A stretch of DNA of 64,000 bases from an uncultured virus (IMG/VR IMGVR_UViG_3300043449_002525). Taxonomy: Duplodnaviria > Heunggongvirae > Uroviricota > Caudoviricetes. Below, piece by piece: positions 49,401 to 57,954 of this stretch; position 1 is the first letter of the stretch, and every line of letters starts with the position of its first letter. The stretch lies in the IMG/VR virus record IMGVR_UViG_3300043449_002525; one strand, written 5' to 3'. The notes under the pieces were generated by a model, which was given only the letters and a program-made list of their open reading frames with translations, was not told where the DNA came from and did not search any database. The position numbers were made by a program, and so were the translations under genes.

Positions 49401-50104
49401 GTGAAGAACCTACTACTAATAGATCAACGTTCCGCGATCCGCCATGGGGCACAATAAATGCTATTGCTGATGAAGACACACCGATAAGAGAGACAAGATA
49501 CATTGTGTCTGTAGTCGATCCTTCCCAGTTTATTCCCATCAAGCGAGATGGTGAGAGTGACAATGCAACAGGCGAGAGAATTTTAGTCACTCATGATGAC
49601 CTGCAGCCAGATCTTGGCAGTGTCTTCTCACCTGCCGCTTTAGTCATTAATCCAGCTGAAACTTTGTTAGATGCACTTCTAACAGGTGCAGACACAGTAG
49701 CTGCAGTTGGCAATTTAAACGTCTCAAGCCTCATTGATAATGCAACTGACACAGGCGTCAAGGGTTTCATGTCTCCTGAGGACAACACAATAGTCAGATC
49801 ATTTGAGCACAACAAGGGGCGCGGCCTCGCAGGCGTCATCAAGCAACTTTCCTTCAACTGGATCGACTTCAACTGGGAAACTGACTGGGGTGCCCGCGCC
49901 CCGATGGGCACGAAAGTGACGATCTCCTTCGAGTGCATCCACGACCTCCCACCCGGCCTTGATGAGAGCGGTTACATGCGTGCTCCGACCCATAACGTTG
50001 GCTCTATCATGAACACAATCGCAGGTGACCCGTATGACGATGGTGGCACGATCTCTCGGGCGAACTTCTCAAGGCAGGGTGCCTCTAGCGTGGTGAAGAA
50101 GTAA
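46457..50104 (+). CDS. Large baseplate protein with tube-initiator (gp48/54-like) domain
   Basis: YVPFYFHDL...FHAFLEQLSDAF...YGRADPIQMYSSTTRTLSLSF...LRIGD and GVIKQLSFNW...P...VTISF; GTG start after GAGGAG. Confidence 0.65.
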   Translation: MAESRQTRATLRDFLAARGSSASSITLTPDASSSPPGGAFNEGDDLGVDPNTAEPLLGLDGLAAAYVAFLTQQSGNLYEITPQGEEAPSSNRGDQLQDPSQQGAARVFVRPGTTLGQAMQLSNSGIQDATDYPIASYLDKTGGNPDLSGDGLLASVLGRPLDLTGNPEIDTPVNTATQSGKMQTGVLQTLDNNNRAAPPIEPGSLSTVAIPNRITINEIDQQPLQSAQRAFGDYDKDDGATSQAYTYDRLRNVGAWLIASAAGYNMPAGENEPQDIEQFFTQGINPDARISTVANQLATKRGNDTITQDDTVASNAPGYPKQASGASMRADRGVVKPPDEDAPYSEQTTTSYTSETPFSDTSRQGNAKLAQAKALLAINRLAALVNADLVQDPDSALGLTSELKSLGPYFMGGSIYGRVNAMHRMILGVTYVPTRNAYKDAVVAGMGVMLGKDLSKSGSPRQIGDYYGAMPVSPGFWEAVAKSAVDTIRQMRVSGDIADALSPQYYVDLSRSKAVKMMNAFATVGDIILQVTGKTFDPETIGSDIRTAAGIEQVDDLPVTPGTRISKSREGSGRSPLALSWRGSSLPGLYMLSDDVVRASLQMGNLLTGENPARGMLASSLIDKTYTDPTLKGSKARIPGDIVKIIEDKLDAEYVPFYFHDLRTNEIISFHAFLEQLSDAFAANYSSYKTYGRADPIQMYSSTTRTLSLSFTIAATSRDDFDEMWYKVNRLIASTYPKYTKGQSVENLASGIKFEQPFSQVIGATPITRLRIGDVVKSNYSRFNLARFFGIGSEGTDVGGFNKSSSNTRSGGISQAYKAGADVQSNTVGGLAGGVGSAAKSLFGFGDYASSVSMQKFYLLFGSPVKSAATAFGLGDTNTGNTLNTLATNAASNFLVNGFVNPLGYGLMTAFTQNPDNTSTTDLEGIVGLSDIQGTQNRGFAPNLTIAYLKPRERAYDTVDATGNIIGKFTARRALKVFVLRREEPTTNRSTFRDPPWGTINAIADEDTPIRETRYIVSVVDPSQFIPIKRDGESDNATGERILVTHDDLQPDLGSVFSPAALVINPAETLLDALLTGADTVAAVGNLNVSSLIDNATDTGVKGFMSPEDNTIVRSFEHNKGRGLAGVIKQLSFNWIDFNWETDWGARAPMGTKVTISFECIHDLPPGLDESGYMRAPTHNVGSIMNTIAGDPYDDGGTISRANFSRQGASSVVKK

Positions 50105-50400
50105 TGGCAAGAAGCAGATACACATTCGTGAGCCGCATCAACAACGGGCAAGGGATCGCCAACTGGCTGGGCGGGACGACGATCTTCAACGCCGTGCTGT
50201 CAGGTGAGCTTGAAGCTGATACAATTGTCCTGACACAGGGGCAGCGACTTGACCACCTCGCAGGTCAGTACTACGGCAACGGTAGGTACTGGTGGATCAT
50301 CGCAGCAGCAAGTGGAATTGGTTGGTCACTGCAGTGTCCGCCCGGCACCGTTGTTAAGATCCCTAAGAACCTCGACGTAGCGTTGAGCATCGGACGTTAA
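50104..50400 (+). CDS. LysM-like baseplate protein (gp53/P2 gpX-like)
   Basis: GQRLDHLAGQYYGNGRYWWIIAAASG...PGTVVKIP; TAATG coupling. Confidence 0.8.
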   Translation: MARSRYTFVSRINNGQGIANWLGGTTIFNAVLSGELEADTIVLTQGQRLDHLAGQYYGNGRYWWIIAAASGIGWSLQCPPGTVVKIPKNLDVALSIGR

Positions 50401-50401
50401 T

Positions 50402-53400
50402 ATGGGTGATACAGTCAACCCCTCTCTAAACAACACAAACTTCACGCCAACATCTGAGCTGCAGGTTGCTTATAAAGATCTACGTGAGTACCTGATGCTG
50501 AGAAGTAACAATGAGTTACTCGAAGACACATCAGCCAGCGCATCTTCATCAAAGACAAGTAACAATCAATCCAATAATACACTTGGAATATCAACAATTC
50601 TATCACCCGATGGTGCATTTTTCTCAAAAGATATTCCTGACATTCTAAAGCAGTTAAATCTGCAACCTGCTACTCAAACTGGTGTAAAAGACACAGGCGA
50701 TATTAATGTGTACGGCGCAGTCGACAGTGATTATGGAAAAAATTTGTTTGATGCCGTCGGCATTAAAGTCGACAAATTTGAAGTAAGTTCCTACAGCGTC
50801 GCTGCAGCTGTTAGTGAAGTAAGTGTTGACATTTCTAGCAAACTTGCAGAGATTGACTTAAGACGCGCGCAGATAGCAGCAGATCGCGATGTTTTAAGAA
50901 GCATTTCACCGCCGCCTGCCGACCTTGCAGCAAAGTTTACTGTGTTAAATACAGAAGATGCAAGCCTAATAGGACAACGGCTGAAACTAAGCTCCGAACT
51001 TCGTCAAAATAGAAAAAGATCTGACGCACTTAAAGATGCAAAAGACAAAAGAAAAGCCGTCTTGTTAAGAGACATCAACAAAAATGGTGATACACCTAAT
51101 TTTGACAATACACATGTGTCTCTCTATAGGCACGTTGGGCAGTATCTCGACCCCGCGTCAGCAGCTTCTGACTATTGCAATATCTTCTTTAACGCCATCG
51201 ACAGCATTAACATGTCAATGTGCGTTCCATTTTTTCGGCTCAACATCATCGATCGATTTGCAAAGAAGAAAGGGCGCCACTCAAAGCTGTCGCTATCAGC
51301 TTTTTTGAAGCAATCAACCGACAAAATGGGTGACAAGATCTTCTATGAGGCAGAACCTTTCACAACAAACACATCTGTGTCTGTAGCAAAAAAATTAAAA
51401 AGTGGAAAAGTTATAAGTACAGAAGCATTTTTTGCGCCACAGACACTGCTACCTGACCCCACAGAGATCTTGTCAAATCCTCGTCGTCTTGATACGTCTG
51501 TCCCGTTGATGTCTCTCAACAGCTTCAGTATTGGAATTGAGACAGTAGGCATTGCGCTTCTATCAAAGAAGACGGCAGATCTGTCTATTACACTGCACGA
51601 TCGCTCAAGGCTAACGGACATATCACCGCTTGTCTCAGTGGGTAACTTCTCATCTTTGTACTTTGAGATCGAGTGGGGTTGGACACACCCACACGGTGAA
51701 GCAAAGTTTGATAATCCTGTTGCACGCTACCTCAACTCACTGAGATATCGTGAAGTTTTTTCACCTACGTCCTACAACATGACAATGGCAGACGGCGGTG
51801 CAATGAACATTTCTATACGTCTTATCGGTGGCGGTTCACTCGACGCAGTTAACGGCTCGATCTTGAACGGTGGGTTCTTAACAAGAACATACGCATCGCA
51901 GATGCTTGACAAGCTAATTAAATCAGAGATTGCTGCCGAAGAAGGCGATGAAGCAGCCACAGAAGAGATTAGAGCTGTGACTAAAGTTCTAGTTGATAAA
52001 TCTAGAACTGCGCACATGGTGGACGGATCTTTTGTGAAAGAGCTGTGGTCGTATGTTGATTACGAAGCCAGAACGCCCGAATCAAGAGCGACTTTAATCA
52101 AAAATCTTCAATCTATCTTGGAACAAAGTGATTACTACAAGAACGAAGAGGTATTTAGCGTAATCAGAAATAATATACCTCTTGTGACAAGCTACTCTCC
52201 ATCATCTGTAAAATTTGAAGCGCTGAAGAGTAGATACGGATCTCAAGTCGATGTCAAGGATTTCACTTCTGTGGCTAGTTACCTTGCTCTCTTGATTGGC
52301 TCGCCACTTGCATCAACAGGCCTTTACTCCGAAGTTCAGATACACACTTTTAAATTTAATGATGCTGCTGGAGCGATGGCAGGAATGCAGATCTCTGACG
52401 CGCCTATCAGAGTTGCCGATGTTATTAAAAATTCTGACCAAGAAGGCTCTCTTGCACAGAATACAAGCATCTCAAACGCACTGTCTCTTCTTGCAAATTA
52501 TCTCAGCAATCCCAAACAGCCGCTGTATGAAATTTCATCATCTACAGAGTATTCAAAAATAAAAGTTGACGAGTCAAAGAAGGATGATAAAGATCCTGCT
52601 GCTGCACCCGATCAAAGGGCACAAGATAAACCAGATAGTTTTAAAAAGCCCGACGACTTCACAACACCCAACATTAGATACATCATCAGAAGCATTCCTG
52701 CCAAAGAGTATACGAATGAGAGTAAGAAGACGATCGCTGATTATGTTGTCAATCCTGAAAAACTGGTCGCACAAGTCATCATCTACGACGCAAACTCATC
52801 GCCAAATTACAACAAGATCATCGGCGCGTACAGCTACGGTAAGCTGAAAGGCAAGGACGGAAAAACGATCACACCTGACTTCGCCAAAGATGTCTTCAAG
52901 CGCGCTTTTCCAAGCATTGTCTACGGTGCCACAAATTCAATGTTGAAGTCAGTCAACGTCTCAACTGACATTAACAACGCAATCTCTCAACAGAACATCC
53001 TCGACATGGGAAAGGATATCTATCTGGGGCGCAGTAAGTCAGATGCGTCAACTGACGTGAGTGAGATTTCTCTCTTCCCGGGATCGGTGACGATCTCAAT
53101 GATTGGGCTGCCCATCATCGAACGTGGGCAGGAAGTCTACCTCGACTTGGGCACTGGGACAACTCTCGACGCCCTCTACTACGTTACATCAGTCAAACAC
53201 GACTTCCGGCCCGGTGAGTTCACTACAAACCTCACACTGACGTACAAGGGACAAGGATCTGTGATGAGTTTGAGCACAATGCTCAAGCAGTTTAATGACA
53301 CGCTGAATCCCAAAGAGAAAGCACCTGAAGTTGTTAAACCTACGTTATCTGCTCCTACGAATTCACCTAGTGCGCCAATTAAAAGAGCCGATACGACTGG

Positions 53401-53440
53401 AATAGATCCTGTTACAGGTCTCCCACTCAGTTCACTATAA
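50402..53440 (+). CDS. Baseplate hub protein (gp27/P2 gpD-like)
   Basis: FEIEWGW and C-terminal SVTISMIGLPII...YYVTSVKHDFRPGEFTTNLTL; follows LysM-like gene. Confidence 0.65.
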   Translation: MGDTVNPSLNNTNFTPTSELQVAYKDLREYLMLRSNNELLEDTSASASSSKTSNNQSNNTLGISTILSPDGAFFSKDIPDILKQLNLQPATQTGVKDTGDINVYGAVDSDYGKNLFDAVGIKVDKFEVSSYSVAAAVSEVSVDISSKLAEIDLRRAQIAADRDVLRSISPPPADLAAKFTVLNTEDASLIGQRLKLSSELRQNRKRSDALKDAKDKRKAVLLRDINKNGDTPNFDNTHVSLYRHVGQYLDPASAASDYCNIFFNAIDSINMSMCVPFFRLNIIDRFAKKKGRHSKLSLSAFLKQSTDKMGDKIFYEAEPFTTNTSVSVAKKLKSGKVISTEAFFAPQTLLPDPTEILSNPRRLDTSVPLMSLNSFSIGIETVGIALLSKKTADLSITLHDRSRLTDISPLVSVGNFSSLYFEIEWGWTHPHGEAKFDNPVARYLNSLRYREVFSPTSYNMTMADGGAMNISIRLIGGGSLDAVNGSILNGGFLTRTYASQMLDKLIKSEIAAEEGDEAATEEIRAVTKVLVDKSRTAHMVDGSFVKELWSYVDYEARTPESRATLIKNLQSILEQSDYYKNEEVFSVIRNNIPLVTSYSPSSVKFEALKSRYGSQVDVKDFTSVASYLALLIGSPLASTGLYSEVQIHTFKFNDAAGAMAGMQISDAPIRVADVIKNSDQEGSLAQNTSISNALSLLANYLSNPKQPLYEISSSTEYSKIKVDESKKDDKDPAAAPDQRAQDKPDSFKKPDDFTTPNIRYIIRSIPAKEYTNESKKTIADYVVNPEKLVAQVIIYDANSSPNYNKIIGAYSYGKLKGKDGKTITPDFAKDVFKRAFPSIVYGATNSMLKSVNVSTDINNAISQQNILDMGKDIYLGRSKSDASTDVSEISLFPGSVTISMIGLPIIERGQEVYLDLGTGTTLDALYYVTSVKHDFRPGEFTTNLTLTYKGQGSVMSLSTMLKQFNDTLNPKEKAPEVVKPTLSAPTNSPSAPIKRADTTGIDPVTGLPLSSL

Positions 53441-53442
53441 AT

Positions 53443-53471
53443 TTGTATAATCTCAACAATTTTAGTACAAT
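53443..53471 (+). promoter_or_regulatory. Sigma70-type promoter, predicted leaderless polA-like mRNA
   Basis: TTGTAT-N17-TACAAT; GTG 53478 follows after a 6-nt gap; no SD. Confidence 0.65.
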
Positions 53472-53477
53472 CTTCTT

Positions 53478-54647
53478 GTGAAAGATGTACTCATACACAA
53501 GTGTTCGATTGGATCAAATACACATGTACTTCTATCAGGTGAAAAAATCTGTTTAGTAGATGATACTGATGATAATGTGTGGACCTGGTCGAACTTAAAT
53601 GTGAAAAATAGCTTAAAGCATGTTGCACTCGGCACAGGGTCAAATATTGACGATCTTCCAGGAAGAGCACATGTTAGTGCATGGAAAAATTTAAATTTTG
53701 ATCCTCCCTGGGCGCAGGCCTTACCGCCCCACGTCTTCAAGAAATGGCTCCAGAAGTTCTCTGCTGATCTCCTAGCACTTCGCGACCGTTGGGCTGACAG
53801 TTACTATGGCCGTGACTATCAAGTTCAACAGAGATTACTGCAGAGATTGCAGCAGCCTCACGTCGATATTAATGTCATCAAGCAGATCGATGACGATCGA
53901 GTGTCTGCATTCAAGCCTACTGAAGCCGAGCTAGCACCCAGATCGACATACGACATCTGGTCGTCTGTCACCGGACGTATGTCGATCTGTGAAGGCCCAA
54001 ACATCCTCACACTCGACAAGCAGTACCGCAAGATCTTCAAGAGTCGCTATGCTGACGGTAAGATACTCCAGATCGACTTCACATCACTTGAACCCTGCGT
54101 CTGCTTGGCAATGCAGGGCAAGAAGTTTGACGGTGATGCTTACGCATGGGCAGCTGAGCAAATTGAGGTGCAGGTTCCGCGTGAAGTGCTCAAGACCGCG
54201 ATCATGTCTGCGCTGTACGGTATGACACCTTCCAACTTTGCGAAGAAGTTTGCTGACATTCCTCACGCCAACGATCTTCTCTTCCAGGTGCGTGATGCCT
54301 TCGGTGTTGATGCCCTGACCAAGCGGCTACGAGAGCAGTTCGATGCCGAGGGGCACATCACGAACCACTTCGGGCGGATCATCAAGTGTGAGAAGAAGTC
54401 ACCCTTTGTAGCTTACGATGTCCAGTCAACTGCGGTGGACGTCGTCTGCCAAGGTTTCACGCACCTGCTTGATGAGCTTGAACGCGACAAGATCCAGATG
54501 ACACCGCTCTACCTCATCCACGACGCGCTCATGGTTGATCTGGCACCTGAAGCGGTGCAGCATCTCGAAGAGCGCGTCAAGGATGGGATCCTCATTCCCA
54601 CACTCGATTGTAAAATGCCCCTCAAGTTGAAGACAATAGACGCATGA
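53478..54647 (+). CDS. Minimal family A DNA polymerase-like protein (no exonuclease domains)
   Basis: TGRMS...PN, motif A QIDFTSLEP, motif B REVLKTAIMSALYG, VQSTAVD, motif C LIHDAL. Confidence 0.8.
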   Translation: MKDVLIHKCSIGSNTHVLLSGEKICLVDDTDDNVWTWSNLNVKNSLKHVALGTGSNIDDLPGRAHVSAWKNLNFDPPWAQALPPHVFKKWLQKFSADLLALRDRWADSYYGRDYQVQQRLLQRLQQPHVDINVIKQIDDDRVSAFKPTEAELAPRSTYDIWSSVTGRMSICEGPNILTLDKQYRKIFKSRYADGKILQIDFTSLEPCVCLAMQGKKFDGDAYAWAAEQIEVQVPREVLKTAIMSALYGMTPSNFAKKFADIPHANDLLFQVRDAFGVDALTKRLREQFDAEGHITNHFGRIIKCEKKSPFVAYDVQSTAVDVVCQGFTHLLDELERDKIQMTPLYLIHDALMVDLAPEAVQHLEERVKDGILIPTLDCKMPLKLKTIDA

Positions 54648-55231
54648 GCACCGATAATCTCGAAAGTAACTACAATGTCTTCCGCAAGCTGACGCAGAAG
54701 TGCGGCAGTAGATCAGATGCACTTCTTAAACTGGTCGACGACCTTGGAGAGCGTCTTGTCGTCTGTCCTGGGCACGATCGCAGGGAGAAGTCAACAGCAA
54801 AGCCGGGCGGGCTCATCGAGCACAGCCTCAATGTCGTCAAGACGATGCGAGCGCTGGAGAGCTCATCAACATTCGGTGTCGATCCTGAGAGCATGTTGAT
54901 TGTCGGGCTGTTCCATGACATCGGTCGCGTAGGCGACATGACATCAGACTACTACCTCACACAGACGTCTGACTGGCACCGTGACAAGGCAGGCATCCTC
55001 TACGTCTATAACCCTGAACTGCCCAAGATGCCCCACAGTCATCGATCACTCGCACTGCTGCAATCAGCAGGAGTGGCCCTAACAACAGACGAGTGGATTG
55101 CAATCTCAACAGCTCAGGGCCCAGCGCTTGACGAGAATAAGTTCTACAATGGCGGAGAGACACCGCTCACGATGCTCACACAGACAGCAGTTCGGATAAT
55201 CTCGCAGAAGGAAAAGGTGGGAGATAGTTAG
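54644..55231 (+). CDS. HD-domain protein, apparently degenerate
   Basis: GGLIEHSLNV...LFHDIGR; distal His/Asp ligands not evident; ATGA overlap with polA-like gene. Confidence 0.75.
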   Translation: MSTDNLESNYNVFRKLTQKCGSRSDALLKLVDDLGERLVVCPGHDRREKSTAKPGGLIEHSLNVVKTMRALESSSTFGVDPESMLIVGLFHDIGRVGDMTSDYYLTQTSDWHRDKAGILYVYNPELPKMPHSHRSLALLQSAGVALTTDEWIAISTAQGPALDENKFYNGGETPLTMLTQTAVRIISQKEKVGDS

Positions 55232-55235
55232 TAGT

Positions 55236-55781
55236 GTGAGTAAGACGCAAGAGCCCAAATCAGGTTGGTATTCCGGTCGCACAACGGGTGTCCCCGTCGC
55301 TGGTGCTATCGGAGGCGGGGACGACTTCGCGCAGAGAATAGCCAAGCCATATATACCAGGGCGTCCCTCACAGGGTGGTATGAGCACAAGTGCTGATACC
55401 ACCTTTTCGATTTCGATGGGAAACACCGTACCAGATCCGCAGGACGATGGATTGGACGGGCTCAACATCGACAGCATCAACACCAGCAAGCTGGCAGGAC
55501 CACGGAGGCTTCCACGGTGGTTTAAGTTGAAAAAGAAGCAGTACTTCCAGCGTCCGCTCAGCGAGATGATCACGGATGACATCGACCTCGAGAAGCACGA
55601 GGAGCTCGAGGCAGACCTGGAAGAGATCTCAGGGGTCGGCGCGATCGCAGGATACGTCGAGCCACTCCACGGCCCAGGTGGGCCTGCACAGAGCCGCCGC
55701 AAGTTCTACGACAGGATGGCGAAGCCCTACGGCGCAAAATATTTGCAGGACCCACTGAAAACAGCAAAAGGCAGGCCATAA
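55236..55781 (+). CDS. Hypothetical protein, probable late/virion gene
   Basis: ATAGTTA ends 5 nt before GTG; fills the gap between HD and SSB. Confidence 0.55.
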   Translation: MSKTQEPKSGWYSGRTTGVPVAGAIGGGDDFAQRIAKPYIPGRPSQGGMSTSADTTFSISMGNTVPDPQDDGLDGLNIDSINTSKLAGPRRLPRWFKLKKKQYFQRPLSEMITDDIDLEKHEELEADLEEISGVGAIAGYVEPLHGPGGPAQSRRKFYDRMAKPYGAKYLQDPLKTAKGRP

Positions 55782-55810
55782 TTATAAAATGAAGCGCGGG
55801 TTCGTACGAT
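55782..55810 (+). promoter_or_regulatory. Sigma70-type promoter for SSB
   Basis: TTATAA-N17-TACGAT; overlapped by imperfect inverted repeat GAAGCG...CGCTTC. Confidence 0.5.
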
Positions 55811-55892
55811 ACCTTCGCTTCCCTTCTACGAAAAAGAACTCTCTTTCTTTTAGAAGTTAAGCATTAACCATTAAACGTTAGGACATCACAAC

Positions 55893-56723
55893 ATGGGTAT
55901 CAACTTCGACGCACTGCGTAAGCGTCTCGACAATCTGTCTGGCAACAACAAGAAGAGCAACGCCTCCTGGAAGCCCAAGGAGGGCGAGGAGTACACGGTT
56001 CGCCTCCTCTCTTTCCCAAATAATGAGGGCCAGCCCTTCAAGGAGCTCTGGTTCTACTACAACATCGGCAACAACCCAGGCCTTCTCGCTCCCTACCAGT
56101 TCGGCAAGGCAGATCCAATCCAGGATCTGATCAACAAGCTTCGTGATGAGGGCACCAAGGAGAGCTACGAGCTCGCCAAGAAGCTCTACCCTAAGATGCG
56201 CTGCTACGCTCCTGTCGTCGTCCGCGGCGAGGAGGAGAAGGGTGTGCAGATCTGGGCGTTCGGCAAGCAGGTCTACCAGTCGCTCCTCGGCATCATGCTC
56301 GACGAGGACTACGGTGACATCACTGATCCAGAGACCGGTCGCGACGTGAAGGTGAAGTGCTTCAAGCCGCCCGGTAAGAAGTACTCTGAGACTGAGGTCA
56401 TGCCTCGCGGTAAGTCTTCAAACCTCACCACCAACGCAGCAACTGCCAAGCAGTGGCTTAGCAACATCCCCGATGTGGGCTCGATGTTCGAGCTCAAGTC
56501 CAGCGACGAGCTCACGAAGATCGTCAACGACTGGATCAACGGTGGCATGCAGGATGGAGATGGCACCCCTCGCGGCGGTCCAGCAGCGACCGATGACGAT
56601 GACACTCCTGCAGCAACCCAGAAGACGTCTGCTGTCCAGAACACTACGACCTCGACGACCAAGAAGACGGGAGGCAACTACTCCTCGATCGACGACGCCT
56701 TCGAAGATCTAATGGGCAACTGA
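55893..56723 (+). CDS. Single-stranded DNA-binding protein (gp32-like)
   Basis: WKPKEG...VRLL, GVQIWAFGKQVY, DITDPETGRDV, acidic tail SIDDAFEDLMGN; strong codon bias. Confidence 0.82.
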   Translation: MGINFDALRKRLDNLSGNNKKSNASWKPKEGEEYTVRLLSFPNNEGQPFKELWFYYNIGNNPGLLAPYQFGKADPIQDLINKLRDEGTKESYELAKKLYPKMRCYAPVVVRGEEEKGVQIWAFGKQVYQSLLGIMLDEDYGDITDPETGRDVKVKCFKPPGKKYSETEVMPRGKSSNLTTNAATAKQWLSNIPDVGSMFELKSSDELTKIVNDWINGGMQDGDGTPRGGPAATDDDDTPAATQKTSAVQNTTTSTTKKTGGNYSSIDDAFEDLMGN

Positions 56724-56740
56724 CCTAACTAGGTTATCTG

Positions 56741-56782
56741 AGCAGGACGTGAGTTGTAATCTGGCTCACGTCCTGTTATAGT
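56741..56782 (+). promoter_or_regulatory. Inverted repeat with embedded sigma70-type recA promoter
   Basis: CAGGACGTGAG(56743-53)/CTCACGTCCTG(56765-75) perfect 11-bp arms; TTGTAA(56754-59)-N17-TATAGT(56777-82). Confidence 0.65.
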
Positions 56783-56799
56783 ATTTGTAGAGGACAAAA

Positions 56800-57954
56800 A
56801 TGGCAAGACAAGCAAAAGAACGCAGGAGTGATGACAGCGCAAGCGGTGATTTTACTGCTGAGCTGATCACATCACTCAATAAAGAGAACGGCTCACGCAT
56901 CGCTTACAACCTGGCGGAGGATGAGTCGCCCACCCATGTCAAGCGGTGGGTCTCGACAGGATCAACGCTGCTCGACTACATTGTTGCAAACCGACGTAGC
57001 GGTGGCCTCCCTGAAGGTCGTATTGTTGAGATCTTTGGCCCACCGTCGATCGGCAAGAGCCACATTGCAACTCAGATCGCTCGCTCAACCCAACAGATGG
57101 GTGGCATCTGCGTCTACATTGACACTGAGAATGCAACATCGGTCGAGAACCTCCAGGCGCTGGGTGTTGATGTCACACGTCGATTCGTCTACGTTGATAC
57201 GCACTGCACTGAAGAGGTGTTTGACGTCGCCGAGAAGACGATCTTGAAGGCGAAGGCGATGCAGCGTGATGTCCCGATCACCATCATCTGGGACAGTGTT
57301 GCAGCGTCATCACCGAAGGCAGAGCTGTTGGGTGACTACGATAAGGACAGCATCGGCCTGCAGGCTCGAGCGATCTCAAAGGGCATGCGTAAGATCACAG
57401 GTGTCATCGGCGACCAGAGTGTGCTGATGGTCTGTCTCAATCAGACACGCACAAAGATCGGCGTCATGCATGGCGATCCTACAACCGTCCCTGGCGGCAT
57501 GGCAATTCCATTCCACGCATCAGTTCGTCTCAAGCTGGGCGCGGGGCAGCAGATCCAGAACAAGAATGGTGACGTTGTCGGTATCCACGTTTCAGCCAAG
57601 ACAGTGAAGAATAAGGTGTCACCACCCTTCAGGACGGCAAACTTCCAGATCCACTTCGGTAAGGGTATCATTGAGCACGAGGAGATCTTTGATGAGCTCC
57701 GCGATGCTGGTGAACGTCAGGTCGGCAAGCATATCATATGCGTGTCTGGTGATGGTGCCTGGAAGGTCTTCACGGTAACCGATGTCGAGAGAGGCGTCAC
57801 AGTCATCGAGAAGAAGTTCCACAAGGCAGAGTTCGGCGAACTACTCAGTCACCCGGAGTATAAGACTTTCCTCGATGATCTGATCGAGGCGGTGATGGTG
57901 CGTACACGCAACGACTCAGACTTGACTGACGCGGCTGCTGAGGACAATGAGTGA
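56800..57954 (+). CDS. recA: RecA/UvsX recombinase
   Basis: STGSTLLD, GGLPEGRIVEIFGPPSIGKS, YIDTE, WDSVAA, GLQARAISKGMRK, NQTR, PGGMAIPFHASVRL, KNKVSPPF. Confidence 0.95.
   Translation: MARQAKERRSDDSASGDFTAELITSLNKENGSRIAYNLAEDESPTHVKRWVSTGSTLLDYIVANRRSGGLPEGRIVEIFGPPSIGKSHIATQIARSTQQMGGICVYIDTENATSVENLQALGVDVTRRFVYVDTHCTEEVFDVAEKTILKAKAMQRDVPITIIWDSVAASSPKAELLGDYDKDSIGLQARAISKGMRKITGVIGDQSVLMVCLNQTRTKIGVMHGDPTTVPGGMAIPFHASVRLKLGAGQQIQNKNGDVVGIHVSAKTVKNKVSPPFRTANFQIHFGKGIIEHEEIFDELRDAGERQVGKHIICVSGDGAWKVFTVTDVERGVTVIEKKFHKAEFGELLSHPEYKTFLDDLIEAVMVRTRNDSDLTDAAAEDNE

Noticed and set aside
36228..53440. Extracellular contractile injection system or tailocin
   Set aside because: Terminase, portal, protease, scaffold, capsid and replication genes are all present, so this is a phage.
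53478..55231. 2-aminoadenine (DpoZ/DatZ/PurZ) system suggested by PolA next to an HD gene
   Set aside because: No PurZ in the window, PolA lacks the exonuclease domain and the HD site looks incomplete; the rest of the genome is unseen.
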